A stretch of DNA of 64,000 nt from a virus (taxonomy: Duplodnaviria > Heunggongvirae > Uroviricota > Caudoviricetes): IMG/VR virus record IMGVR_UViG_3300032335_000499; one strand, 5' to 3'. Below, piece by piece: positions 37,116 to 46,977 of the stretch (its first letter is position 1; each line of letters starts with the position of its first letter). Position numbers and translations under genes: made by a program. The notes below the pieces were generated by a model that was not told the origin of the DNA, ran no database searches, and worked only from the letters and a program-made list of their open reading frames with translations.

Positions 37116-37676
37116 ATGAACTACGATTCCTTCTCACACGGTCAAATCCAAAGCAAAGTCTGGCTTTGCAAAGAAATTGAACGCTTTGTCCATGCTAACA
37201 TCAAGATTGCTATCTTGGGAAGCTGGTACAATGTGCTTTCATTTATGCTTCTTACACGGAACGCAGATAGATATCAATACATTTTGGGCGTAGACATTGA
37301 CCCGGAGACAAAAGAGATTGCAGACAAGCTTACCGAAGCTTGGCGAATCGGTAAGGATTATAAGGTTGAGAACATCATAGCCGATGCAAACTCTATTGAT
37401 GTGGCGGGCTACGACCTCATAATCAACTGTTCACCGGAGCATATGGATAGCAACGATTGGTTTGAGAATCTTGAGTATGGCACTATGGTCTGTATTCAAT
37501 CAAGCAACGTACATATCGCAGATGATGATGTTTGGAAGTGTGTCAACTCTAACGAATCATTGGAAGACCTGACACTAAAATACCCGTTATCAAAGTATCT
37601 TTACTCCGGGGAGAAGGAGATTCGATATAGCGATGACAACGGGTATAAGAGGTTTATGCTAATCGGTATTAAATGA
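37116..37676 (+). CDS. Rossmann-fold protein, possible SAM-dependent methyltransferase
   Basis: IAILGSW..N then LGVDIDPE (motif I / II-like spacing); weak. Confidence 0.35.
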   Translation: MNYDSFSHGQIQSKVWLCKEIERFVHANIKIAILGSWYNVLSFMLLTRNADRYQYILGVDIDPETKEIADKLTEAWRIGKDYKVENIIADANSIDVAGYDLIINCSPEHMDSNDWFENLEYGTMVCIQSSNVHIADDDVWKCVNSNESLEDLTLKYPLSKYLYSGEKEIRYSDDNGYKRFMLIGIK

Positions 37677-38133
37677 GACACTTACCAATAGCAGGGATTA
37701 AACCTGCTATCTTAGCAATATCTATAAGTTGTTCATCAGTGTAGTCCAACTCTTTCAACCCAATCCTAACAATATCAATACTAAGTTCATCTTTGAGAAC
37801 CATAGCAACAGCTAAATTATAGGGAGTAATCTTGATATCTAAATCAGTAAAGCAATCTCTACTGACATTGTTAATAGTCATATCTAGTACTGATGCAGCT
37901 ACTTCCGCGCGGACATCATTTCCTCTAAGTTCACTACTCATTGAAATTTCAAGAGCCAGTTCACCATAACCTACTGCTAAAGCAGCAGCTAAAGCACAAG
38001 AATGTGCCTCTACAGTAGAAAGACTATTATCTTTCATAACGGCTTCAAGCCGTTCTCCCAACTGCGATGCATAGTCGGGTAAACTCATTGTTACAGCAGT
38101 GACCCAATTGCCGGGTTGTATTAATGGTTGCAT
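37669..38133 (-). CDS. hypothetical protein, possibly AhpD/carboxymuconolactone-decarboxylase-like
   Basis: All-helical, EAHSCALAAALAVGY segment reminiscent of AhpD core; weak. Confidence 0.3.
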   Translation of the reverse strand: MQPLIQPGNWVTAVTMSLPDYASQLGERLEAVMKDNSLSTVEAHSCALAAALAVGYGELALEISMSSELRGNDVRAEVAASVLDMTINNVSRDCFTDLDIKITPYNLAVAMVLKDELSIDIVRIGLKELDYTDEQLIDIAKIAGLIPAIGKCLI

Positions 38134-38714
38134 TATTGCTTTCCTTTTACTACTCTATACATTGCCCTTGCGCCTTGACCACCGGGGTGAATACCATCAC
38201 CTAGTGCGCCATACTTTTCTAGTGAACCCAAGAAGATGGCGCCTTCTTGACGGGCAACTTCTGCTAAACGTGCATTAACGTTCTGTTTAGCAAAGTTAAC
38301 ACGATAGGTACCATATCGATTGGTTAACCAAGGGCTGTAACGTGACCCTGTACCGACAAGATACACAGTAGCACCTGCATTCTTCAACAAGCGAATTTGC
38401 TGATTGATGGGGCTAGTATCAAGATTACGTCCTTCACCATTCTTTCGCTCATATGTGCTATTACTAGCGCCGCTGCTAAGAATAACAATTGCACCCTTAG
38501 CATTACCAGTACTAATGAAACGTTTAATGTAGCCAATGATTACGCGGGTATCTTTGCCACCCTTGCGCCAAACATTATTACCCGCACGATCAAGTCCATT
38601 TGCATTAGCAATACCCACAGCAATACTATCACCAATGACATATGTTGCTGCATTAGCAGGAACTGTGAAGGCGAACAACGCAGCAAAACTCAATACCAAA
38701 TTCTTAAACATCAA
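38133..38714 (-). CDS. secreted SGNH/GDSL-family hydrolase
   Basis: Signal peptide MMFKNLVLSFAALFAFTVPANA then YVIGDSIAVG (block I GDS), later GDGIHPG (block V DxxH-like). Confidence 0.5.
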   Translation of the reverse strand: MMFKNLVLSFAALFAFTVPANAATYVIGDSIAVGIANANGLDRAGNNVWRKGGKDTRVIIGYIKRFISTGNAKGAIVILSSGASNSTYERKNGEGRNLDTSPINQQIRLLKNAGATVYLVGTGSRYSPWLTNRYGTYRVNFAKQNVNARLAEVARQEGAIFLGSLEKYGALGDGIHPGGQGARAMYRVVKGKQ

Positions 38715-38722
38715 TCTTCTCC

Positions 38723-39127
38723 TTAAAGTCCAGAATCTTTTACGATTCTACGGTAGCCGGTAAAAGTTGGATGAACACCATCTTTACTGAGAGACTTAAT
38801 AGTTACTGTTGAGTCGCCATATTGGCTAGCAATTTTCTTAACAATAGCCTGCTTTGCCGGCTTGATTGCAGGTACAATCCAAACCACTCTTTTAGCTTGG
38901 ATTTGTTTACGCAATTTGTTAAGTTCTTTTTCACTATTCAGATACCTGGTATCGTTGCTACCTAAGCTAATGACTACTGTATTTGCATCCAACTGCTTGG
39001 TGTGCAGATATACATCATTCCAATGCTTTGAATTCCAACCACTGTGGGCATAAGATACGCAATGCGTCGGCGCGACCATCTTTGTACCAACTGCAATGCT
39101 ATCGCCCAAAATTAAACATTCTAACAT
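38723..39127 (-). CDS. SGNH/GDSL-family hydrolase (paralog of upstream gene, no signal peptide)
   Basis: MLECLILGDSIAVGT ... SKDGVHPT. Confidence 0.5.
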   Translation of the reverse strand: MLECLILGDSIAVGTKMVAPTHCVSYAHSGWNSKHWNDVYLHTKQLDANTVVISLGSNDTRYLNSEKELNKLRKQIQAKRVVWIVPAIKPAKQAIVKKIASQYGDSTVTIKSLSKDGVHPTFTGYRRIVKDSGL

Positions 39128-39138
39128 TATCTTCTCCT

Positions 39139-39543
39139 TTAAAAATCTACATTATGGTGTTGCCAAATCTTATCAGTGCCGCCTAAATGACCCCAATCGC
39201 TATCAACAACCATTTTGCTACTAATACCGCCTCTTGGCCTAAACTTGATTTCAAGTCGCATTCTGAATGGGCTGTATGCTTCCATTAGATGCTTATACAT
39301 TACATCAATTGCTCGTTCATAACTAATAATAGTATCTCTATATTGTAGCAGATATTCCTTCAAACTCTTTAGTTCAATCGTCTTTTCATTACCGTGAAAC
39401 CAAATCTTAATATGTCCAAAATCAGGCTGATTCTTTACTCCAAGAAAAGTGAATTCTGGAATATCAATCTGTTGTTCATATCCGTTTGCTGCATTTGGCA
39501 AACTAGCTAATGTGTTTTCTATATTCTTCCAAAGTTTTGGCAT
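39139..39543 (-). CDS. hypothetical protein (134 aa)
   Basis: ORF only. Confidence 0.4.
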   Translation of the reverse strand: MPKLWKNIENTLASLPNAANGYEQQIDIPEFTFLGVKNQPDFGHIKIWFHGNEKTIELKSLKEYLLQYRDTIISYERAIDVMYKHLMEAYSPFRMRLEIKFRPRGGISSKMVVDSDWGHLGGTDKIWQHHNVDF

Positions 39544-39596
39544 TAACTATATTCCTTTCTAGATAGGTTGGAAGGGACCGAATTCCCTTCCGTAGA

Positions 39597-40664
39597 TTAC
39601 AGTGCGAGGTGACTGTAATCAAACATTGCCTTTTCCTTAGCACGAGTAAGAATGAGACGGGCACCTTTGCTTTCAAAGATGAACTTACCTTCCTGACTGT
39701 TTAAGTTGATAAGATGCTCAGGGGTGAAGTGCAAATCTGCCCATTCGCCATCCTCATCATTTGGATTAGGATCATATTCTAAACCAATTCCCTTGATAGC
39801 AAGCGGGTTGCCTCGCCAGATTTCAGGACTAATGTCGCCCTTACGAACTTCCTTACCATCACTGATAAGCTTGATTTCGTACTTAGCGCCATCATCATAT
39901 TCAGGCTTAGCGTTAAGCATTTCAAGTGCTTCGGAAGGAGTCTCGTTGTAACGATTCATTTCTTCAACAAGTGCCTTGAGCATGTCAAAATTGAACTCAC
40001 CGAACAAGCTAGTCAACGAACAAATCTGATCGATGTACTGCTTATTGTTGAGGTTGTCTTCGCAATATTCACGAATGAATACCTGGTCAAGACCCTTGAA
40101 GTCAAGCAAGTAGAAGATACGACCGGGGCGATTACGCATGTGCGAATCAACACGCCACTTGTCATTCACTGTCAAGATGTAAAGCTTCTTTGAACCGAAC
40201 ACACCATCAAGCAGTGTGAGGATTTCTTCCTGCTTCTCGCGGTCATAGACCTTTTCAAATTCATCAAAGAGAACGACACACGGCTGGTCAATGTCCTGTA
40301 ACAGCTTGAAGAAACCATCGCCAGTCCAATCACGATTGATTACGATAGTAGGAACGCCTTCCTTCGCAAGTTCAACAGAAATGTTCTTAGCAAGAAGTGT
40401 CTTACCAGAACCTTTTTCACCGTTCAATAGAACACCAGTCTGTTGCGGGCGTTCCCAAAAGCTGTTGATGATTCGGTCAGTATGACGAAGTGTGTTGCCG
40501 TACATCTTTGATGGGATTTCAAAATTGTCAATAGATTCAAGATAGAAGTTGCCCATCGGGTCTACTGCAACAGTGTAGTTGCCTGCAGGAAGCTGTTCAT
40601 GCAAATCCATTGCTTCCTTGCTGGAAACTCGAAAACTTGTACCGTTCTTCAAAAAGTATGCCAT
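39597..40664 (-). CDS. AAA-family ATPase
   Basis: Walker A GEKGSGKTLLAK, Walker B VVLFDEFE; start moved to MAYFLKNG. Confidence 0.55.
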   Translation of the reverse strand: MAYFLKNGTSFRVSSKEAMDLHEQLPAGNYTVAVDPMGNFYLESIDNFEIPSKMYGNTLRHTDRIINSFWERPQQTGVLLNGEKGSGKTLLAKNISVELAKEGVPTIVINRDWTGDGFFKLLQDIDQPCVVLFDEFEKVYDREKQEEILTLLDGVFGSKKLYILTVNDKWRVDSHMRNRPGRIFYLLDFKGLDQVFIREYCEDNLNNKQYIDQICSLTSLFGEFNFDMLKALVEEMNRYNETPSEALEMLNAKPEYDDGAKYEIKLISDGKEVRKGDISPEIWRGNPLAIKGIGLEYDPNPNDEDGEWADLHFTPEHLINLNSQEGKFIFESKGARLILTRAKEKAMFDYSHLAL

Positions 40665-40677
40665 CTTATCTTCTTTC

Positions 40678-40974
40678 TTAGATATGTTCGCCGTCAGGAC
40701 GACGACCCAGAACAACTCGGAATGCTTCTGGCTTTAATGACGCAGTAGTATATGCCGCAACAGTTAATGCAGCAGCGCCAATAAGTACAGCATGAGCGAT
40801 TAGATTCACTCCCATAAACGCATATGTGCCAGTTGCGATTGAGAATGAAATTGCCCACATCCAACCCAAAAGTTGATAGACCATATGCCTAATGTTGCCC
40901 TCAGGGATATTTCGCAGGGGACTCTTGTTATAATCAAAAATAAAATTCCAACTTGCTAATATAATATTCTTCAT
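40678..40974 (-). CDS. small integral membrane protein (2 TM)
   Basis: two hydrophobic stretches. Confidence 0.4.
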   Translation of the reverse strand: MKNIILASWNFIFDYNKSPLRNIPEGNIRHMVYQLLGWMWAISFSIATGTYAFMGVNLIAHAVLIGAAALTVAAYTTASLKPEAFRVVLGRRPDGEHI

Positions 40975-40984
40975 TGGGGTATCC

Positions 40985-41365
40985 TCAAAACTTCAAAAGG
41001 TTAAACGCAAGCAAAATATCTCGCTTGTCTTCATCAATGGGATGAACTGCAATTGCAGTCATTTCACCACCATTCAAGTCTGGCTCAACAAAGTGTTCGT
41101 ACTTGATACCAAACTCAAACAGAATCTTTTCGACAGCAAGAAGTGCCTCAAGATTCCTAACTCCGACACAGGTAAAATATGTATTATCTGCATCAGCATC
41201 CTTACCCAACGCGGAACCTAGCTTGTACGCAACATGTGCAGTCTGCACAAGCTGGTACTCCTTAAAGATATCTTGACGGGTAAAGAAATATGCGTATCGT
41301 TTTGTCATATTCTTCTTATAACAGGGGTTAACCGTAAAGTCAACCCCTATTTTAAGTTTAGGCAA
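40985..41365 (-). CDS. hypothetical protein (126 aa)
   Basis: ORF only. Confidence 0.4.
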   Translation of the reverse strand: MPKLKIGVDFTVNPCYKKNMTKRYAYFFTRQDIFKEYQLVQTAHVAYKLGSALGKDADADNTYFTCVGVRNLEALLAVEKILFEFGIKYEHFVEPDLNGGEMTAIAVHPIDEDKRDILLAFNLLKF

Positions 41366-42188
41366 AAATTTCTAGTGCTGTTCCACACTCGCTACAGAAC
41401 TTTGCAGTAGCTTTGTTCTGCTTGCCGCAAGTTACACACTTAGGCTTAGACTTAACAGTGATTGGCTTGCGAATCGCTTCATTGTCAGGTGTTTCACCTA
41501 GCAACTTGAGAATGATATTGTGCTTCTCTGATTCAGTTGCGAACCAACTTGCAGTCACAAACTTCTGTTCACTCTTACTACCTGCAACAGTGATTCCTGT
41601 TTCAGTCTGCGGTGCTGCGTTGTATGACTGGGCTGCGGCACTTGTGTTTATTGTCGCAGAACCAACTGCCATACTAGTTGCGGCATAGGATGCGCTTGAA
41701 CAAGTAATGGTGCCTGACATTGACTTAGGTGCGGCGGCTGTTGTATGTCTTATTACATCGCCATAATATGAATCCATTGAAGTAGGTTGCCAATTTGGCG
41801 TAGTGACAGCCCAGGTCGCTGGCTGATATGTCGTATAGACTTTTTCAAACTGATATTCTACACGAATCAAGCCATCTTCTAGCTTGACACCGCGATGGTC
41901 TTCAATCTTACCAGTGCGTTCAATAAACTTGAACTTGTTACCTTCATTCATGTTACCATTGCGAATGGCTCGTTGTAAGTCAATCTCTTGCCCCGCATTT
42001 AACACGAGTCCGCCTGGCACGATATTGTCACCATCAATATAGATGTTAATCAATGCTCTTACTGTGTTGAGATTTTTGAGAAGAATACTGTATTCACTTC
42101 CGAATGGAACATAAACAGTATCTTTGAATTCGCGGAGTACTTTTCCGTTGGCTTTGATGCTGGCAACCAGCTTACTATTATACATCAT
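41358..42188 (-). CDS. hypothetical protein with C-terminal zinc ribbon
   Basis: CVTCGKQNKATAKFCSECG at C-terminus. Confidence 0.4.
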   Translation of the reverse strand: MMYNSKLVASIKANGKVLREFKDTVYVPFGSEYSILLKNLNTVRALINIYIDGDNIVPGGLVLNAGQEIDLQRAIRNGNMNEGNKFKFIERTGKIEDHRGVKLEDGLIRVEYQFEKVYTTYQPATWAVTTPNWQPTSMDSYYGDVIRHTTAAAPKSMSGTITCSSASYAATSMAVGSATINTSAAAQSYNAAPQTETGITVAGSKSEQKFVTASWFATESEKHNIILKLLGETPDNEAIRKPITVKSKPKCVTCGKQNKATAKFCSECGTALEIFA

Positions 42189-42266
42189 GTTTCTTCCTTT
42201 CTACGGACCACAGACTAAGGCCCTAATTCTTAAAGTCTGTTACGAAGCTTCATACTTCAACTATAT

Positions 42267-43253
42267 TTATATTATGACGAGGTTGTTTTTAAAAATCAAC
42301 CAGCAGTTTTCCCAAGTCCACTTTTTGCTTTTTTCATATACGGTTGTCCTGTCTAAATCCAAACAGTGGTCAATAGCAACAGACAGACTATTATCCATAA
42401 AGCCTGTTTCGTGTTGGTCAATAACATCTTTAGGACCAGTAACATTGTAAGCTGCGACAGGGACACCACAAGCCATTGATTCAATCATTACAATACCGAA
42501 TGTATCTTCTCTGCTTGGAAACACGAATACATCACTGTTAGCATAATATTCTGCTAACTCGTTGCCACGCTTTACCCCAACAAATTCTACATTAGGATAT
42601 TTTGATTCTAGTTCTTTTCTATAAGGACCATCGCCTACTACAATCTTTTTAGCATTAGGATACGCCAGTGAACAAAAATCATCTAGTCCTTTTTCTTTAC
42701 TGACTCTACCCACATTGATTAAGGTTAGACCAGATGTTTTTGTTCTAGGGTAAAATATCTTAGTATCTACTCCTCGGGTCCATGACAGTATATTGCCAGT
42801 AAAGCCATTGTCTTTTAATTCTTCTACCATAGTCTGAGTAGTAGTTAGTACAACACCGCTATGTTTGTGGAACCAGCGCAAATAGTTGTATGTATATTTT
42901 TCAGGTATGTGGTATATTCTTTCTACAAATTCTGGAAACTTAGTATGATAGCTTGTATTGTATTTCCACTTGTGTTTATCAAGCCAAAGTTTAGCAGCAA
43001 GACCAATAGGTCCTTCTGTTGCAATATGCACATAGTCTGGATTTATATCTTTAATCTTCTTACCTATCCTAAGTGGTATAGAAAGCTTTACCTCAGGATA
43101 TCTAGGTGCTGAAAAATTATAGAAACAATGCGGATTGATGAACTCTATCTTAAAGTTATCTTTTCCAGCCAGCATTTTTAGATTTTCAAATGTGGTTGCT
43201 ACACCATTCACTTGTCCATCAACAATATCAGTAATTACAAGTATCGTTTTCAT
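42267..43253 (-). CDS. GT4-family glycosyltransferase (GT-B fold)
   Basis: FPSREDTFGIVMIESMACGVPV (E-x7-E motif) and overall GT4 architecture. Confidence 0.65.
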   Translation of the reverse strand: MKTILVITDIVDGQVNGVATTFENLKMLAGKDNFKIEFINPHCFYNFSAPRYPEVKLSIPLRIGKKIKDINPDYVHIATEGPIGLAAKLWLDKHKWKYNTSYHTKFPEFVERIYHIPEKYTYNYLRWFHKHSGVVLTTTQTMVEELKDNGFTGNILSWTRGVDTKIFYPRTKTSGLTLINVGRVSKEKGLDDFCSLAYPNAKKIVVGDGPYRKELESKYPNVEFVGVKRGNELAEYYANSDVFVFPSREDTFGIVMIESMACGVPVAAYNVTGPKDVIDQHETGFMDNSLSVAIDHCLDLDRTTVYEKSKKWTWENCWLIFKNNLVII

Positions 43254-43346
43254 TTTATAACGAAAGTGTTTTTATGCTTGAGCGATTTTTTTAATGACTT
43301 CATCCAAAGCTCTTTTTCTTTTTTTTGGTCTTTATTCAAAATAGCT

Positions 43347-44132
43347 TCATACATCTTTCTTACTAGTGTTTGTACCTTCATTTTTCATCTCCTGCCAAGT
43401 AATGATTTCCCAGCGTCCATCGTGATGCTCTACTAATGCAGTGCATGATTCTACCCAGTCACCGTCATTCATATAAACAATACCGTCTATCATTTTTATT
43501 TCAGCATTATGGATATGACCGCATATTACACCATCATAACCTTTACGCTTACAGTATGCAGTAACGTTTTGTTCAAACTTAAACATGAAGTCTACTGCCT
43601 TTTTGACTTTATGTTTGAGAAACTTTGATAGCGACCAATACCCGAAGCCCATCCGGTGTCTAATCCAGTTGAACCTACTGTTTAGTTCTAGCACAAAATC
43701 ATACGCTTTATCACCCAAAAAGCTTAACCAAGGAGCCAATCTAGTGATGCCATCAAACAGGTCGCCGTGTACTACGAGATACTTTTTGCCATCTACGCCC
43801 AAATGAGTATGCATGTTAGCGATTTGCATTCTGCCAAAACTTGCTGCATAAGGAATCATAGGGCGCAGAAATTCGTCATGGTTACCGGCAACATAAATCA
43901 CATCAGTATCTCTTTTACTGTGACCAAGAATCCTACGGACCACATTAGTATGTGATTGTTTCCAGCGTAGTTTATTTTGCTGCATTTTCCATGCATCTAT
44001 AATGTCACCTACAAGATATAATGTCTCACAAGTATTGTGCTTTAGAAAGTTGTTGAGAAGTTCTGCTTTACAGGATTTAGTACCCAAATGGACATCGCTG
44101 ATAAAAATTGTTCTGTAGGTTTTCTGTGACAT
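43347..44132 (-). CDS. LpxH-like metallophosphoesterase (UDP-2,3-diacylglucosamine pyrophosphatase family)
   Basis: ISDVHLG, LVGDIID, GNHDEFL, HGDLFD, GHIH motif order matches LpxH. Confidence 0.55.
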   Translation of the reverse strand: MSQKTYRTIFISDVHLGTKSCKAELLNNFLKHNTCETLYLVGDIIDAWKMQQNKLRWKQSHTNVVRRILGHSKRDTDVIYVAGNHDEFLRPMIPYAASFGRMQIANMHTHLGVDGKKYLVVHGDLFDGITRLAPWLSFLGDKAYDFVLELNSRFNWIRHRMGFGYWSLSKFLKHKVKKAVDFMFKFEQNVTAYCKRKGYDGVICGHIHNAEIKMIDGIVYMNDGDWVESCTALVEHHDGRWEIITWQEMKNEGTNTSKKDV

Positions 44133-44140
44133 ACAGCTAT

Positions 44141-44371
44141 TTAGCTAAACTTGCTGCGGACCGCTGTTGTAACATTATTAATGTCGGTGTTCTGTTTACG
44201 AATCTGCCTGCTATTAAGATTGAGTGTAGAAGCCATCTTGTGCAATTGTTCGCTTAACATGCGAACCTTTTCCTCTAAAACTTTAATACGCTTTTCGGCA
44301 TCAAGTTCTTTTTTATCAAACTCAACTATTTCTGTTTCTATTACCGGCTTGTTTGTATACATCGTCGCCAT
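44141..44371 (-). CDS. small coiled-coil protein
   Basis: ORF only. Confidence 0.3.
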   Translation of the reverse strand: MATMYTNKPVIETEIVEFDKKELDAEKRIKVLEEKVRMLSEQLHKMASTLNLNSRQIRKQNTDINNVTTAVRSKFS

Positions 44372-44373
44372 TG

Positions 44374-45270
44374 TTATTTCCTTTTTAAAGATATCTTATA
44401 CTTTATATATTCAGCAATATGCTCGGCTACATTTATTCCGCAGTATTTTTCAAATCCTTCGAAGCCTGGAGCACTATTTGCTTCACATATTTTATAGCCA
44501 TCTTTGTCAAACAACAAGTCTATTCCTGCAATTTCTAAACCACAGATTCTTGCTGTTTCTCTAGCAAGGTATTCTATTTCTCCAGTGACTGCAAACGGTT
44601 CGCCGTACCCACCATTTGAAATGTTTGCTCTGAAATCTCCGGGCGGAGCAATACGCTTCATTGCACCTATAACTTTTCCGCCAATGACTAATACACGCAA
44701 ATCTTCACCTGGTCGTTCGCCTATATATTCTTGAACTAGTAATGTTTTTGGAGTAGCAAGATTGCCTATGAACTCCATCATCTTTTTAAATGCTGTCTTG
44801 TTCTCGCACAGATAGATGCCCTCGCCATAACTACCACTGATGATTTTAACAACGCAAGGCCATCCTATTAGATTGTCTGCGATATCTACATCTACAGGAA
44901 ATCTAACAAGCATGGTATTAGGTACTGGCATTCCCTTACTAGCCAGTAACTGGTGACTACGCATTTTATCTTTTGCAATGTCTACGCCTACGGAAGAATT
45001 AATACATTTGATATGTTCTTCTTCAAACTGTCTAACGATAGCAGTGATGAACTCTGTGGTGCCTGAGCCTGTACGGGGTAATACGATATCAGGCATGTCA
45101 AACTCTTGTCCATTGTATTTGACACCATGACCGGTACCTTTTCCCACAACAACATCAAAGTTATCTGGATGATAAATGGTTGCAGGAATGCCTAAGTCAC
45201 GAAGACTTTCTACGAGACGACGATTTTCGTATTCGTCCTCGTCTTTTTTAGACAATATAAGTATTGACAT
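44374..45270 (-). CDS. RimK-family ATP-grasp ligase (alpha-L-glutamate ligase-like)
   Basis: Collinear with E. coli RimK (RSHQLLASKG vs RSMQLLARQG; VVKIISGSYGEGI; ILVQEYI; DLRVLVIGGKV; GDFRAN; GIDLL; EANSAPGFEG). Confidence 0.7.
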   Translation of the reverse strand: MSILILSKKDEDEYENRRLVESLRDLGIPATIYHPDNFDVVVGKGTGHGVKYNGQEFDMPDIVLPRTGSGTTEFITAIVRQFEEEHIKCINSSVGVDIAKDKMRSHQLLASKGMPVPNTMLVRFPVDVDIADNLIGWPCVVKIISGSYGEGIYLCENKTAFKKMMEFIGNLATPKTLLVQEYIGERPGEDLRVLVIGGKVIGAMKRIAPPGDFRANISNGGYGEPFAVTGEIEYLARETARICGLEIAGIDLLFDKDGYKICEANSAPGFEGFEKYCGINVAEHIAEYIKYKISLKRK

Positions 45271-45315
45271 TCATTAATCCATTTATAGTATTTATCGGAT
45301 TAACATACATATAAA

Positions 45316-45340
45316 GAAACGGGGACTTGCCCCGTTTCCC
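45316..45340 (-). terminator. rho-independent terminator after peroxiredoxin gene
   Basis: aaACGGGGacttgCCCCGTtt hairpin, U-run on - strand transcript. Confidence 0.6.
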
Positions 45341-45880
45341 TTAATTAGAACCCTGCAAGTATGCAAGGATTGTTTCAGGCGAAGTTTCACCATACGGGTC
45401 AGTTTCGCAGTTATGTTCAATGCCTGGTTCAATGAACCACTTTTCAACGTTACCGTTGTCAACGATAACTGCATAACGCCATGAACGAACACCGAAACCA
45501 AGATTGTCCTTTTGAACAAGCATATTCATCTGCGAAGTGAACGCGCCAGAACCGTCTGGGATAACCTTGACGTTTTGAATGTTTTGATCCTTAGCCCAGC
45601 AATTCATGACAAATGCATCATTTACTGACATGCAGTAGATTTCATCGATGCCCGCAGCCTTAAACTGGTCAAAGTTCTGCTCAAAGCCCGGAAGCTGATA
45701 AGTTGAGCAAGTTGGGGTAAAAGCGCCCGGAAGCGAAAATAGGATTACTCGCTTACCAGCGAAATAATCATATGAAGTTACGTCCTGCCAACGATATGGA
45801 TTCGGGCCCTCGATGGAGTCATCGCGGACACGAGTCTTAAAAGTTACAGCAGGAACAACTGTGGGTAATTGTTCAATCAT
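45341..45880 (-). CDS. peroxiredoxin (Prx5/glutathione-dependent type)
   Basis: GAFTPTCS peroxidatic Cys motif; thioredoxin fold size. Confidence 0.65.
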   Translation of the reverse strand: MIEQLPTVVPAVTFKTRVRDDSIEGPNPYRWQDVTSYDYFAGKRVILFSLPGAFTPTCSTYQLPGFEQNFDQFKAAGIDEIYCMSVNDAFVMNCWAKDQNIQNVKVIPDGSGAFTSQMNMLVQKDNLGFGVRSWRYAVIVDNGNVEKWFIEPGIEHNCETDPYGETSPETILAYLQGSN

Positions 45881-45889
45881 TAGTTTCTC

Positions 45890-45930
45890 CTAAAAAAATA
45901 TTGGGTAGGAGCACTATACCCCTACCCAAT
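45890..45930 (-). terminator. rho-independent terminator after SPFH gene
   Basis: 10-bp stem ttgggtagg..cctacccaa followed by U7 on - strand transcript. Confidence 0.65.
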
Positions 45931-45935
45931 TATAC

Positions 45936-46733
45936 TTACTTTACGTTAACGATACCCTTAAAGTCGTAAGGGACGATGATCGTATTGACCTTGCCTTCCT
46001 TAACAGCTTCGGCAATCGTCACAAGAGCAGTTGCTTCCATGTACTTAGTAGCGCCTGCGTTAGCATTAAGAGCAGCAATACGCTCGGCTTCAAGCTTTGC
46101 AGTACGAACTTCTACCTGCTTCTGCTTTTCAGCATTTTGTGCCTCGACCAAAAGGTTAGCTGATGCTACGATATTCGCAGCAGGCTTAACCTGACGAACA
46201 AGAACCTGTGAGATTGAAATTGCACCATCTAGCTTTTCAGCAGCGAGGCTAGCAACGATTTCAGCACGAACAAGCTGTTCAATTTCAGCACGGTTGTCAG
46301 CCATCTTCAACGACTCGTAACGACGAGCAACCTTGTATGCAGCGTTACGACCAAGCTGACGAATGTAGTTATACATCAACAGAGTGTCGCCGTCTTCGGT
46401 TTCGGCGTGAAATCCGCGATTCTTTTCAATATAGATTTCAGCAGCACTTGTTGGATTGATTGAATAGATAACTGCCATATCAAAGTCGGCAACAGTTGAG
46501 TTATCGCTAGCGAGAGGGGTCAAGTCAGCAATATCAACCTGAACATCCTTAGTCGGGAAAGTGAGAACTTCACCGATCATAGTCTGGTTAATTGAACCAG
46601 GTTGAAGTTCAGTAGTTTGAATCTGCTTATCAAAGCCGCGACGAACGCCGACTTCACCAGTTTCAATACGAGTACAAGCAGCAGTCGTGGCCATCAAGCC
46701 AGCGAGAACGGCAATCTTAGCAATACGATTCAT
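45936..46733 (-). CDS. SPFH/band-7 (prohibitin-like) lipoprotein
   Basis: Lipobox signal MNRIAKIAVLAGLMATTAAC; SPFH-like core then Ala/Glu-rich coiled coil. Confidence 0.5.
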   Translation of the reverse strand: MNRIAKIAVLAGLMATTAACTRIETGEVGVRRGFDKQIQTTELQPGSINQTMIGEVLTFPTKDVQVDIADLTPLASDNSTVADFDMAVIYSINPTSAAEIYIEKNRGFHAETEDGDTLLMYNYIRQLGRNAAYKVARRYESLKMADNRAEIEQLVRAEIVASLAAEKLDGAISISQVLVRQVKPAANIVASANLLVEAQNAEKQKQVEVRTAKLEAERIAALNANAGATKYMEATALVTIAEAVKEGKVNTIIVPYDFKGIVNVK

Positions 46734-46977
46734 TTTAGTTTATTCCTTAAAAAAGTAGAACGATTAATGTTACAGCACCAATTGCTAGTAACGAACACAC
46801 TGTACTATAGCCTAACCACTTAGTCAAGCTAATTTTTTCTTTTCCGGTCATTTTCCGAAAAATATCGATCCCAAAAAAGAAAATGAGAAAGAGTGAAATA
46901 AAGGCAACGATAATCTTAACCATACGTAGGTCTCCTTGTTATTAACAATTAAGTTATAGCAGATAATTAGGAGGATG

